57,406 nt of DNA, taken from assembly GCA_003344405.1 (NCBI GenBank), contig NOWV01000158.1, positions 124,001 to 181,406 of the forward strand, in the 5' to 3' direction. The translations under genes were made by a program, and so were the position numbers. Of the stretch, positions 1 to 14,438 are shown piece after piece. The stretch comes from Trichoplax sp. H2 (taxonomy: Eukaryota). Each line of letters opens with the position of its first letter. Position 1 is the first letter of the stretch. Under the pieces are notes generated by a model. The model had not been told where the DNA came from. It made no database searches and saw only the letters and a program-made list of their open reading frames with translations.

Positions 1-1899
1 ATATTTAAGAACAGTTTCGTTATCGATAATAAATAAAATATCAATAATTTACCCGTTACTTGCAGATAATATCTTTTATATACAAGTTAGTATCGAGCAG
101 TATGGTAACTCTAAAGGGGTTAGTAATATTGATTTACTAATGGACAGATGCCGACGCAGTATGTAAGAGAGGATAACGTATGATTACGTTATTTTATTCG
201 TGAAACATAAAATATGTACAAGGAATATCATTTATTTTAATCAGATATTCAGTTAATGATACTAAATGCTTACTTTAAGTTTATACCATATGGAAATCCA
301 GATATCGCAAATCTCGTTCTAAAGCATGTGTTGCATGCACTGATAAGCTAGAAAATAGACATGATAACCTATGGTAAAGTATCATTTTAAGGCCGCTTAC
401 ACCATTATTCAAAGGGCACAATTTTTATCTTTGCCAACTATATAACAACTATGGTGTAGGTGTTAATAGTACTCTGTTATTTTCTATGCTTTAGCCAAAT
501 TTATTTATTGTAGTATTCATTATTCAAGCATCATTCTGGCTGGCCAGTAAAATGATGACGTTACGATAGAGTTATTTGTTTTAATTAAAGATTTTACTTT
601 TAGAAATTTAAGGATCGTAGATAATCAACTAATAAGTGAATTCATTTATATTCAAATATTTTCATAGCTATCAAGAATGCATCTTTGCCATATTACCATG
701 ATTGATTATTAAATTAAGAATTAATTAAATTAAAAGCTTTAATTACAGTAGTCGCAATTCAGCGGAAAAATTCATTACCAAATCACGATAGGTAAATTTT
801 TTCCGTTGTAATGTAATTTATTTAATAAAAGAACTGAATAGATGCTGAAATATGGTATGGTGCTCTTTGCCATTAGTTCTCATATGTCGACTTTATTATT
901 AGTGCAATTATTAGACAAATAAATCGAATAGTACTGCTATCCCATCTCTTTTAAAAGCTTCACTCTGCAAATGATTGAGCTATAAACTTCATCAGCCACG
1001 TACTTGAAATTGGAAGGCCATTAGTTGTATTATACTCGTATAAGAAATACAGAATCTCAATTTCGACTCAAAATAAAATTTTGAATAGCCTCCATCAAAG
1101 GAAGATAAGGAAAGGGTAATTTTTATCAACATTTTTTTAAAATGAAATTGCCAAATCTGTGCAAGGTAGTATATTTGAGATTTTGAGTTGGTCAAGAATT
1201 TGAAACTAACTGGATTTTTTAACAGTGTACCAGCTATGTTAACACTTGAAATTAAATTGCTGGCATCCTTAAATCTTTGTAACATTTGCCGTATGTAGTG
1301 AATTGGTTCTAAAGCTCCTTAGTGTTACTACTGTAAAGAGGTGAAACCTCTACACCATCTTAACTGTGTTTGATACTATAATATTTTTAACAAAATAGCA
1401 TTTTTGCTAAATTTTTTCGCTATTTTCCTTAAAATTTGAAGATAAAGTGAATTCGCTTCTTACTTATCAAAATTAGTGACGATACAGCAAGTTTTTCTCG
1501 TGCATAATACAGTCTAGTAATAATATGAAATTGTACTTTAGCAATATATAAGTAATAGCGACGAATGAAGTGTCCATTTGTGGGTAGGATTTCGTTAAAT
1601 CTAACTCTATTCTGAAAGTCTAATAAGTTATAAACTCTCGGTTACGGCGTACGTAGTAATTAAGAACGGCCCAAAAATATTTCTTTCGTTAATATTGAAA
1701 AAGCTTTCCAAAATTCTGTTTACAGTAGTGTGTTAAGATCCTGAATGTTAAACCTTAATAAATTTTGTGTCAAATCTTGTTATATTATATTGACTCATAG
1801 GAGAACTAATGCCAATTTTTCTTCCCCTATGATAAGGTTTAGACATCGAAAAGCAGTAAATAAATATCGATTGAAAACATTTAAATTACAATTTGTGCA

Positions 1900-3998
1900 A
1901 TGGACATGGAAAATCTTCCAGAAATACAAGTACTGAATCAATCTGGTAGTGGTACTGAATCGAAAATTACTGTTACATTGTATCAACTGGTCAACTGGTG
2001 CAAAATCAACATCGCTTTAGCAACTATTATTATTATTACTGGAATATTTTCCGTAAATTTGCCAAATTCATTTGGTCTCTACACATCAGCTATAACTAAA
2101 CTTGCTCATTGCTTTTGGGTTGGAGGACTGGTAAGTTGTCATTCATATCGAAAAAATTATAATATGTAACAACAGTTTGGGATAGGGACAGTCGTATCGG
2201 CTTTGTTAGTACAACTTGTGAGTATTCCATAATCTAAGTTTGCTGTATAACTTTCTCTTAAGTATGTCATACACGATTTAAATTAATTTTAAACTACTTT
2301 ATAAATATTTCATTGTACGCTTTAATATTACGTACTTTTACTGGCTAGTTGTAATTAACATTGATTGTATTCGAAGTAGTCATACGTGAATAAGCTCATT
2401 TACGAAAGATTATTTTATAGCTTAAAGTAAGGTTTTACCTGAAATGAAATTTGTAACCGAAACGGTAGTTTGATACCATTGGTATTTCCAATTTAATTTT
2501 AATGCGATATTTTAGTCCCTTATGTAAAGTAGAATAAAGACTTGCCAAAACCGATACAGTTTCATATATCAATGTATGGAACTTGAATGGGATTTTCACA
2601 ACCTTGATAGTTGAAAATAATTAACCGTTTCTGGTCGTTATATGATTTTAAGATCTATTTGAACTAAATGCACTCGCATTTTAATCGTATAAATGATACG
2701 AATTACGCTGACTACGATAGTATTAGCTATCATAATTACGTCTATGAAGAGTCGTCGGAATGTGCGGATTACGATTAATTTAGGTTTTTATTTTATGATA
2801 CCAAGGAATCAATATAGCATAGCAGGAAATATTACTGTGAATGTAAAATCTGACAAAGGAAGAGAATGATCGATTAGACTAAAATAAATCTTATTGAATT
2901 AAGCTTCTAGGTTCTTAACTTTCGTCTTGTTATATGCTAGACTCAAACTAGTAATCATTGCACATTATTCAAGGTATTAATTTAAAGAAAAATATAAATC
3001 TGGGACATTTAGAGTTGCTTTAACTTAATGATGTTCAAAACAGTGATTGATACGCGCACAGTTAGTCGATAGTAAATAATCTTATGTATGACCTATTTAC
3101 TTAACTAGCCTTTACTGCAATCATCAAAAATTTATTAACAAAATATTTAAATTGTTATTAATCATTATTTATGTGATTTTTTGGTTAGACCGTCGTTTTT
3201 AGCCTTTATGGCATTTTAGCTTACAGAAACAAAGAATTTTCGGAGTTGAAGGTTTGTATAAGCTGATTGCATAACATTTACTTGATACATACCGGTATTT
3301 TTATACTGTATGAGTGTGAAAGTATGATGAATTAAAAATCTCTAATACCATGCTTAGATACGGAGAAGATATAGTAAAACTATACTCAAAGAATTGAAAA
3401 TACTTTGTTTATATATATTTCAAATATCATTTTTAAATGCAGGCATCCATTCATGTAGCAATTGCTTCCATTAATATCATGGCTATCATCGGTGGATTTG
3501 TTGTTTTAGCATTCAATCTAGAAACCGTGATAAATTTACCTCATAAACCTAATAAAGACGGTACCGAATCAACAGTTATTGATGTTGTTACCGTGCAGGT
3601 GATCTCAGTTCTTGTCAGCGCCATAGTAATGATTATTTATACATTATTCCTCTACGGCAACGTAAAGTCTGTGCGAATGCATCATTACGTGCCAAGAAAT
3701 TTACTAAGTCGTCCAGAACACGACTTCAGTCATACAATGGTAAGGAAAAAAACTTATTCTGTACCTCTAGATGGATTAAGTTCATAGTCAAGATATTTTT
3801 ATATTCTTTTATATATAAATTAAAAATTCATGTCCAGATACCCAAGTTTTCAACTATGAATATATATATATGAGCGCTTTAAAAATCAGTTTGGCAAAGT
3901 CCTTACTATACATTTTCGAACTATTTGGTGACAAAGCATAGTTATTAGTTACTGATTTACTGTATTTCTATAATTTAATTTAGGTTTTTCCCATATAA
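1900..3998 (+). CDS. MS4A/CD20-like four-transmembrane protein, paralog 1 (~201 aa)
   Basis: Exons 1900-2130 (ends FWVGGL|gtaagt), 3189-3251 (63 nt, TVVFSLYGILAYRNKEFSELK), 3443-3739 (ASIHVAIASINIMAIIGGFVVLAF...HTM|gtaagg), and probable last exon 3984-3998 (VFPI*). All introns are GT-AG and phase 0. Four hydrophobic segments. The last exon is the least certain. Confidence 0.8.
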
Positions 3999-6411
3999 TA
4001 AATGGCCTTGCTAGCTTTATAGTGAAGATATAAGAGCAAATAATCAGTAAAATGGTCGTGGACTCTTCCAAGCATAAAAGCTGGTCGGTAAAGCATATTG
4101 GTGAATCGTGTATTGCTTCGACATATACAAATCGTCTAATAGCACGAAATGACATCGCCTGGAATATTTGGCCATTGCATAGAGGGCTAATAGTCAAAAT
4201 TCACTGCTTTGTGTAATCGTTCGTTGCTAAGATAGCAGTAGCCATGCTCTATTGTAGGAACAATTAGTTTGACAAAGCATATTTATCATTACCCGTACTA
4301 GCGGCTTGAACGACGATGTTTTACCAGTTAAAAGAAATACCCCATTACTAGTCCGCGTACTTCTTTATTGGTATAAATCTAGTTATAGTTATAGTGTCTT
4401 TCATTGGAGAACTATAAATCATCTGTGTGACATGAACTTGTAGCAAATGAAATATCTCTTTTTCATTTATTATATTATCAAACCATAATCTGTATCCCTA
4501 ATGGTGGATATTGCTATAAATTTTGGTTCTATGCATTCTTTCAAGGCTTACAGGGTTATTTCTTTCTTGTCTACAATCATAACAGCTTTGATCTACGAAC
4601 TGATTGAATTGTACTACGTCATTACCTATTTCATTATCATCACTTCATTCATGTCTCAAAATTTTACTTCTAAATATTGAGATTTTAATATCGATTTTGT
4701 ACTAGTAATTGACGATTCAATCATGTTTGATCAGTAAGGGCATTAAAGGGTGCTATTCCATTGGCATCCTGCAAGCATCAAATCCAAAAATATGATATAA
4801 GACTGTCGTGCTATTCCTGTTATAATTGCAGCCACTGTGCTTAGTTCAATGCTGTTAAAAAGTAGGTGATACTTCTAGTAACTTTGCTATACAGCAGAGA
4901 ATGCCAGATGCTGCAAAACAGGAGATCACATTGCGTTACCAGTAATAAAATATTGCAGTATTTACGAATAGGCATTACTTGTGATAGAAATTTGACTATG
5001 CTTTCTTTATGTGAAGCTTTTCTTTAAATCATATAGCACCATTCTCGTACTTTAGTCTGTTAGGAACTTGCTGGTAAAGTAGTATACACATAATGTTGGC
5101 TTAATTTTGTACAATAAGCGTACATTCATTTGTAGCATTTCTTGGTCACCTTAGCAGACTAGCCTATGTGGTATGTATTCTATGTTGTCTATGATATATG
5201 AAATACACCTTGTGGTTATAAAGGTTTTTTCGCGATGATCGAAAAAATTTGAATGTCCTTTAGCTTGGACCACTTAAGAATTGTATTATTTAAAGAGCAG
5301 CTTGTATGTGTCTTCTTCTGTTTCAGTTATAATTGTAAAAATACTCGATATCCTTACTAAGCACATAAACAATATTTTCAGCCGTGTATGCTTACATGAT
5401 AGTTTGTAAAATATCTTTAAAATGTATACCTGCCTTTTGCTGTGAAATTATAAGGTAGATGCCAAACTTTATGTTATGATTGAAGCTAGTATCAATTTCG
5501 ATATTGCAATTATGTTGTTTTCACGCTCACAGAAAATTTTAATTTTATCTGATGCTTAATTACGAGTATAACTCATATACAAAATTCTATGAGCCTATCA
5601 ATTGTATTATTTTTATTACTGTTATAAACATTTTTGTTTTCATCCGAGTTGTTTCATTGCCCTTTACCAGTGATCTATCAGAGACGGTTGGAAAAGGCAT
5701 CAAATTTACTCGTACTATATTGTTCTTACTGCAAGAATTTGAAAGTACTCTATATTATTTGCTTGCGATCAGAAGGTCTATCGAATTTCGTGAAGGCAAT
5801 TATTTCATGCATTTTGTATCGATACAACAATTTGTCTTTAATGAGAGGGTAAGTAGGCCGTATGTAGTATCAGGTTAGGACAGTAGAACAGATTGAAGGT
5901 ATTAATATTGTTTGATATCGTTAGCTGTTTGTTATTTTTTTTATCTTGAAAGTCACTAACTCAATCTTTTGTTACTATACTGTATATGTTGAGGGCGAAT
6001 GATGCAGTCAGCAGATTGCTGTTGTACATTTGTAGAAGGTATCTTTCAAATTTTTGTCGCAATAACGTAAGGCAAAACTGATTCAAAAGGTAAATAATAA
6101 TATCCACGAAGATGCGAGCGTAATTATATAAGCGCTATAAATTCGAATACGCGTCTTAGTAGTTGATTAAAATGGATGAGATTAAGTATTACTGTAAGGC
6201 CTTCCTATGCGTCATTCTATGCCTTTGTACTGCACCTTGGTTGAACACGGTACAAGACAATCCATGAAACTGTTTGTAGACAAATGCTTGTACAGTAAAT
6301 GATTTGAATCGAATGAAACATATTTCGTTTAATTCTGCTGATAATTAAAAATTGATTATAATTTATGGGTATCAATATTATAATACAGTATATGTATAAT
6401 AAATAGATCAG

Positions 6412-7140
6412 TACAGATCCGTCTAAGCCCGAGTATTTATTGAGCTTAACACTGCTAATCACCACAATGATTTATTTCTAACACAGGTCATATTTATATA
6501 ATTAATTAATCGCTACAGATCCGTCTAAGCCTAAGTTAAGTATACTGTACTGGAAATGACCGAGTAATCACCCCATCGATTTATTTCTAACACAGGTCAT
6601 ATTTATATAATTAATTAATCACCACAGATCCGTCTAAGCCTAAATTAAGTATACTGTACTGGAAATGACCGAGTAATCACCCCATCGATTTACTTCTAAC
6701 ACGTGTCATATATAATTGATAAATTAATCACCGTCTAAGCCTGAGTTGAGTATACTCGAAGTCGCTTTTAATCAACACAATGATTTATTAGTAGCACTGG
6801 TCATCTATCTCTATAGTACAGTAATAATTAATTCATGACCTATCCGTCTAACCTGAGTTGAGTATATTCAAAGTCTGTGAATAATCACCACAATGATTTA
6901 ATTATTTATTTCTAGCTCTAGCCATATATAATTGATTAATCAAAATTAAATTCGTCAAGCTAGAGTTGAGTATACTCGAAGCATCAAGTCACAAAGTAAT
7001 CACCACAATGATTTATTTCTATAGTAACATGAGTCATGCATAATTAATGAATCATCATCGATCCATCAAAGCCTGAGTTGAGTATACTCCAAGTCACAGA
7101 GTGATCGCCACTAAGATCTATTTCCAACACAGGTCATGAT
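6412..7140. repeat. Degenerate tandem minisatellite, about 7 units of 101-113 bp
   Basis: The core CCGTCTAAGCCT(G/A)AGTT(G/A)AGTATACT...AATCACC..A..GATTTATTTCTAACACAGGTCAT recurs near 6419, 6521, 6630, 6731, 6844, 6952 and 7063. No continuous ORF spans it. Confidence 0.9.
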
Positions 7141-10100
7141 ACCGTTGGATCATTCGCCATGACGTGCAATTGTGAGTCGGAAGGAATGATGTAATATGAA
7201 ATCATTTCATTCGTTCAATATCCACTAATGGCGGCATTGGATAGGTTGATTTGCAACAGACTGACTATTACCGTACATTGTTCTAATAACAATATACAAA
7301 GGCACAATATGCGCTATTCATACAGTATGAATGAAAGTCAAGAATTTCATCACAGTGATGAAATTAAGTTGTGAATGATGATGACTTCATGCTGCAGGCG
7401 ATCACGTTCGAAGTGAAGGCGACAGTTTTTAGTCGCAATTTGCCAGAGCAAGCACTATTGCAAGCCAGTTTTATTCGCGCGTATCCTTTACTGTAAAATG
7501 TAGTCAAATATCAAGTGGTGAACAGCTCCTGTACTCTTCAATATTCATATTTTGCATTGGGAGTAGAGTGTCTGGGTTGATCGATTTTCCCTAATTAATT
7601 AATTATAATTAGTACGTCCAGACAAAAACGGACGACAGTACAGTACAGTACAACTTTTACAATACAAGAATCTCTGCGCACTCGGCGGGGTCTCTTAATA
7701 GGTACCGAGTCTACCGACACGATTATTGCGACGGTACTGCGCAAGTGTAAAAAATCCTGTAGAATTTACTGTAGCAACAATACTGTAGTGTACTATTGTG
7801 CAAAATGTGAGTAACTGTACTGTACTCACATTTTGCACAATACAGTACAGTACCGTACACATAAACTTGGGTACGAATAACTGTACGATACCCCAGGGTA
7901 CCGGAACGAAGACTAGTAGTAATACTGAAAAGTATCCAATAAAATAACAATAGAAATGCTCATTCTTAGCTTTATGATCTGAATAACCGCCATGTCCAAG
8001 TCGCGATTGCGTCGACATAATGTAATCACGTTGAAGATAAAAATAAATAATAAATAAATAATAACATGATGATTTCATAGTCCAGTATAATCCTAGTACA
8101 ATGTACAGTATAATAAAGAAAAGAAAATCGGTGTACTGTAGAGTAGAGTGTACAGTACTGAACGATGAATGCACTACAGTATTAACCCAAGGATAAAAGA
8201 TAGCGCAGATTGCATTGGCCTATCATATCGCTCAGATTCAGTTGGAAGACGGTTGACGCTTGTGAACGTCAGACACTGTTCATTCCCGTTCTAGTCGAAT
8301 TGATGCTCGTGGCTAATTCGAACAGTCACTACTGTATCGAGAAGGTGGTCGCTTTTATCGACAGCATTGCGGATATTCTATTGCAAGATAAACCTCAATT
8401 AAATATTGAATTGAAGGTAAGTTCATGCCTCCATTGCATGTTAATAATATGGTTGCCTACGATCGACCTGAATCTCCTTTTAATTGACTGTCAGCACCAG
8501 CTAGTATTGATCAGATGCTGCATAACATTGGCCGTAACATACTGTATATATATCTTAACATAGTATGGTATTATCTGCAAGATTGACTATTTTGGATTTT
8601 GGATTTTTTTCATACGACTACTCTTGATTCAATATTGTGGCTTGCCATTATTGTTGAATTTGACTTGAACGTCGTGACAAAGTTAACTATTCGAGAATTT
8701 AGCAACGATGTACAGTAATTAGTCATGGAAATCATCATGATATGACGATGTCCTGTAGTTTAGTTTTTAATATATGCATATTTCATTTTGAATAGATAAA
8801 CCCCAACTCAAAGTCAATCAGCCTACTCTTGGGTTTATATTCATATTATACAAAGTTGTAATCCTGAGCATTGTTCTTCCATTGCAATATGTAAATTACA
8901 GGTCATAATAATGAACCCCTACTAATTTGGCTTGTGCAAAACCTATGCGATCTAGAAATAAACGTCCTGGGTTGATCATTAGCTATAGCTCGATCCTTTA
9001 CTATAAGTTATCTACGTAACAATTATAAATTGAATATTTCGACTAAAATAAATTTTTCGTAATAAATTGTTGATATCTATGTACAGTACAGTACTCCAAC
9101 GTTGCGACCTGAGTAGGGTTCAGGTCAAAGTATAAATTCGCATGCCGAGGTCATAGTTTATGGCTCAGTTCGAGTGACGGCAATTGACTGAGTAAAATCA
9201 AATATGCACATGCCAAAGAAAAGCCTATAGCGTAAAGCGATAGCTGAAAACTGGCCAGGATATTCTATTTATAGTGGTATAAAACTGGGCTGTTTGTGAT
9301 AGACTAGATAAAATTTGGGTGGTAAAGATCTCTTTGATTAAAGTACGGCGTATGATAAATTCAAAGTCAGAAGATTCGAACGCTAGCATTAACTCGACTA
9401 CTACTGCACAATGAATGATTTGTTTAAGAAACACTTAAATCTCCTTTTACACACCGATTAATCTCGTAATGCTGATGATTGTCAGTCTGTATTGTGATCT
9501 ACTTCGCTAAGTAACTTAGATACGCGTAGTTGAACTTCGCAAGAAATTGTGCTTTCAGTACTGACTAAATGTTAGGTAATTATTCATCGTGCCATTAAAT
9601 TCGCAATGGTATGGTTACTGTTCGTAGCGTAATCACTCCTGATCCTGTTGGGCAAATAAAGTTATCACTATTTGAAGTTCTAATAGGTGAATATGATCGC
9701 TACTTTTTGTAGGAACGTAAAATACCTTTTCAAAATGGTATTAGTAAATCATAAGGCGTAATTAAATTAGCAAGATGCGAGTATTATCTCTGGTGAATAG
9801 AAGGTTGTTATGCTGTATTTCGATTTCCAGGCAAATTAATTCACATTTCAAAATCTTTTCTATACTTCATGTGATGACACACGCTTTCTTGGGCGCCGAA
9901 GAAAGGAAAACACAATCGCTAACTTGTAAATGATTTTATAGGACCAATAAAATCGCACTTTTTAAGTATTTATAGTCGACATAACTATGTCGCACAGAAA
10001 TTTAATTATTGGTGAGGTACAGTTGATTTACCGCCTGGAATTGAATACAGACCTCCGGGAAAATATAGATACTTCAGTGTTGGACCTTCACTGGAGTACT

Positions 10101-11651
10101 GAATTACTGTATACTGTTAATGTAAATGGTCTGGATGGGGGAAATACTATGTTTAAGTTAAAAGTTGATGTCATTTTTTGTCTCTAGTCTATAATGCAAA
10201 GTTTGACCTGTAAAGCTCATCATGAATTAACTATCCGCAAACGAATACAGTACAGTACAGTATATTGCTGTACTGTACGTATTGCAGAATGACATCGCCA
10301 TACGGAATGTGTACAGTATTATACTGGACAAATTTTATACTCTACTGTATGTTGTGATCATACATATTAATTATTACCTCAAATTTTGGTTCCTACAACA
10401 TTGTCTGTCATTTACAATTTTTTGCATGAAAACATAGTAGCCAGACGTTAATGTTTTTGACATGTATTCGGACAAAAAATAGGCCACATTAAAATTGAGA
10501 GATCGCGGCTACGTCATAATGTTCTTTAAACATCATTACCATCAATATTGTTATAAGGGTATCGTACATAAATATTATTTTAGAGCGCGACCTTTAAAGC
10601 AAACTAACGCTTGGTTTGTTTATTTATTTATTTATTTCCTAAGTTGCTTACCCCTGGGTATTAAATTAGGTAGATTATTCGTCTACCGGAGATTGGGTAT
10701 TTTCTACTTTACCTATTTGACTTATTACTTTGGATTTTGGGCACTGTATAATGTGGATCGCGTTATTGATCAATCTTCTCCAACTGTATACTGTATAGTT
10801 CTGCGTTATGACAGTAGTCGAAAATAACTACAGTATTACTTATTGCACTTTATCATTTTTGGACTTTGCTGTACTATGATTAATTACGCGAGTATACACG
10901 TAAAATTGTGCTTATGTACGCACTCCTTTACTCATGTGAAAAGTATTTCAAATAATCAGAACGCAAGATTAACTTAAACCAATGCATTGCTCGATTGCTA
11001 GGACTTGTTTACACGAAATCCAGAATCCTGCTACGCAAAATAGATTATTTATGTACTGTACAGTACAGTATATTGGTTGATTAGCCAGTAGCTATCATGC
11101 CACGATATGGTATTATTTATATTTGTGGTTATCTGCTATTTACAGTACTGTAGATTAGCTAAAACCCAATTAGATTATCTAAAGTAATGATAGGCAGTAC
11201 TATCATTTGCATCTATGAGTTGAAATGGCTGATAAAATTTCGTGTTTACTAGCTATGCCAATTATTTACGGACGTCATGGCGATATTTAACAAGTGCAGT
11301 CGAATTTATGCAGTTAGCAAACTACAAATAGGTTACTCTGGGCTTTGGATAGATAATCACCTAACATAACTTGTTGTGATACCGCATTTTCAGGCTTTAT
11401 GAAATATACCAATAAAAATCGCATTAATCTATCTTCTGATAGTATTGTCAATAAAGTACTATATGTAGAGTATTATAATCGATGATGACGTTATTCTTCT
11501 ACTTGATTACTAATTAATATTTCAATACTTGAATTAAACGGTGAATTAAGGTCGCTTCTTCTCCGACTAGAGAGAGTAACGAATTCTTAGATTTTGTCAC
11601 GCCAAAGCATTATTTCAAATACCGAATTGAAATACAAATTATTTCCTCATC

Positions 11652-12897
11652 ATGTCTACATCAAAATCAACAACCGATACCATAGTTGCTGATACAATGG
11701 TTCAAGGCTCTGATGATACTGAGAAAGTAAAAGCTGTCCGAGGTATCATACGGAGACTACAGAAATACTGGCTGGTTGGTACTTTACTCGGTATTACCCA
11801 CTTCATTTTGGGCATTGTGGCAGTTGCTAATCCTTGTACGTTCGGCTCTCATGCCATTGGTTTGTCAGAATATGGGACTTGCTTCTGGCTTGCGGGAGTG
11901 GTAAGAAATACGTACATAGAAGTGCATGTCATGATCTATTATTTAAACCATAGAATAGCTGTAATACTACAATTTGAGTTAAATATATGAAGGCTTTTGA
12001 TACATAAATTGTATTATCTGAACTTTACTTGACAGTCAGCGTCTTCAGTACAATCAATTTGATTGTGTACTATTCTTGATACTTTTTGTGTAGGTAACTT
12101 TACTGAGTATCGTAGGATTCTGTATCGCCTTGACAAGAAAATTTACGGAAAGAAATGTATGAGCTGATTTTAAAATTAATCATCTCTGAAAAATTATCCA
12201 TCGAAAATTTATATAAATAATATAGATTACTTTTCCTAATGGTACTAGCAACCTTATACGTAAAATTTAGCGTTATACGTTAAAGCGTTCAATTATTTTT
12301 ACGTAAGAATCTTTTCCTGCTTATTTCATATTTTGATGGTTATCCTTCATTTTGCCATCAAATTCTTTATGTAGTAACTGCTCATAGATATAAACAGTTT
12401 GTCAGAATATATCTTATGTGTATTTGATGTAGTAAGAACTGCATGACCGGTATTTTATTATTATAATCTAACCATGGTAAAATTTATATCAATGGATAGA
12501 TTAAAATTCATGGAGCTATGGCCGCTTTGGGAACTATTATGACTATCGTAGGATATGTACTATTGGGAATTAATTTAACAAAACTGCTGGATTTAAAGAA
12601 TGGTCAGGCTTATATCGTAAATTCATCCTGCACTGTAGCCGTAAGCCTAATTAAAACGTCGTCCATAATTATCACCCTTGGTTTATTTATTGTCGTTACA
12701 ATCTACCTGATAATATGCGGATATACACTTCAGTCCTATTACTACACCTCGGAAGACCTAATCAAACTCAGTAAATCTGGATTGCCTGTTCAGGTAGGCA
12801 GTATTTATATTAGCTTTAAGTATTTTCAACTCAAATAAGAAGTGATGGTGAATGCCTATAAAGTTACAATCAGATTCTTTTACTTTAATAGGTGTAA
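11652..12897 (+). CDS. MS4A/CD20-like four-transmembrane protein, paralog 2 (~203 aa)
   Basis: Exons 11652-11900 (LLGITHFILG...NPCTFG...YGTCFWLAGV|gtaaga), 12094-12156 (63 nt, VTLLSIVGFCIALTRKFTERN), 12500-12793 (IKIHGAMAALG...GLPVQ|gtaggc), and probable last exon 12892-12897 (V*). Confidence 0.8.
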
Positions 12898-14438
12898 ATT
12901 ATGAAGAAATATTTTAAGATGACGTTGATAATAACTTTATTATAACATGGGCTGAGATGTTCGAAATTTCGAGATTTATCAATATAACGAGTATTTGATT
13001 GTTCGATAACCATGGAATATTAGTATAAATTTTTTATAGAAATATCGTTGCAGCCAAAAAATAAAAATTAGGCTGGTACACTAATAATTATAATGAATTA
13101 ATATTATCACCGCAGTAATATTTCGTTATTAAGTTAAGTTATGCAGCTAATTAATGTTTAGGGTTAGTATTGTTTAGTTACTTTTTTCGGAAAATTTATT
13201 TCCGTGCCTGACTAAAATCGACCGTGTAGTTTAAAAAGGATTGTATACAGTATAATACATTAGCATATTATGACTTACCATGCAAATACCTGATAAATTC
13301 CTTTTCCCATGGGTTGAATAAAAGTATTGCAGGAAGTTAATTATGCTTGATATTTTCTATAGATTTATGCCAGACGTTTTAGGTTGTGATCTTTACATGT
13401 ATTTTTATGATTGTTTCATTTCGGAATCGTACTCTGAGTCTTTTCTGTCCTTGTTTATGTCTTTATCCTTGATATTTTAGTTCTGTTTATCTTATGTTAC
13501 TTCCATGGCTATTTTATCTCATGGTTCGCCATTAAAAGTAAATTCTGATCTCTGAATCTTCCTTTTATTAACTGGTATTGTGTGACTCCGTTTTCTGAAT
13601 TAGATTTATTCTGTATAATTATGCACGATACACTGTGCAAGACCATAAGGTAAAACTCTGCTTTGAGCATCTATGATCATGAGGATAATTTACAGATACC
13701 TTGAAGTATTTTTGGTTCTGGTCAGCCTTTTAATAGTTGATTAAATAGATTATAAAATTTTGACATACTCGTATATTAAGAAAAACTGCTCAGAAAAATG
13801 GTAGCTAATTTGGTAGACATATATTAGTATCACTTCATTATTGCTTTTGTGGTGTAATAGCCCTCCATGATTATCAGTGGACTTGTCGCGATATACTGTA
13901 ATTCAGCATTGAGATAATTATCATTAGTGGCCTATATCATAATATTGTCAATGCAAGCAATATATTACCCTCGTAATACAGTAGTTCGCTTACATACACG
14001 ATTATTATGGTAGTGCTTCGTTTCCTTCTTACCAGATTTAAAACAGATGTTAAAAGAATACAGAGATTAGGTTGTGAATATTATGCAATATTCAGTAAGT
14101 GTGAGACATCAAACCTAACATCGATTTCTGAGTTTCGTTTTGTATTCCCGTAAAGTTATTCTAGGACTGCCTCAATAACTTATCGCGAATGATTATAAAG
14201 AATGTGGATTATTGTAGAATATCACACTCTAGTCATCAATTATACAGTATATCATTTTCTAATACCTCAGTCTGTTCAATGAGGAAATGAAATTGTCGGG
14301 TTTCCTGTACTGCTAGAGTAACAGCTCTGTATGTTCCGAATATATTTTTAAGATTTTAAGCAGAGCTGTGATATATACCAATCACGAAATTCCAAATTTT
14401 AGAAAAATAAGGGCTTTATTGAATCTTATACAAAGATT

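Noticed and set aside
992-1285. 97-aa minus-strand ORF
   Set aside because: No recognisable motif or partner exons; I cannot support it as a gene.
1951-3580. GTES peptide repeated in the N-terminus and loop 2 of paralog 1
   Set aside because: A four-residue match, plausibly chance.
6412-7140. Repeat array as a CRISPR locus
   Set aside because: Whole units are similar to each other, there are no unique spacers or cas genes, and the context is eukaryotic.
7695-8174. 159-aa minus-strand ORF, the longest in the track
   Set aside because: The V/Q/Y/S/T/C bias comes from TACAGTA/TACTGTA low-complexity DNA, so it is likely spurious.
8210-8563. 117-aa ORF with a strong donor (AAG|gtaagt at 8417)
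   Set aside because: It starts at TTG and shows no family similarity or clear next coding exon. It could be a non-coding exon, but that is unsupported.
13490-13650. Minus-strand fragment GEP*DKIAMEVT reminiscent of Gypsy integrase (PW..IAMD)
   Set aside because: Too short and broken by stops and frameshifts to call without BLASTX.
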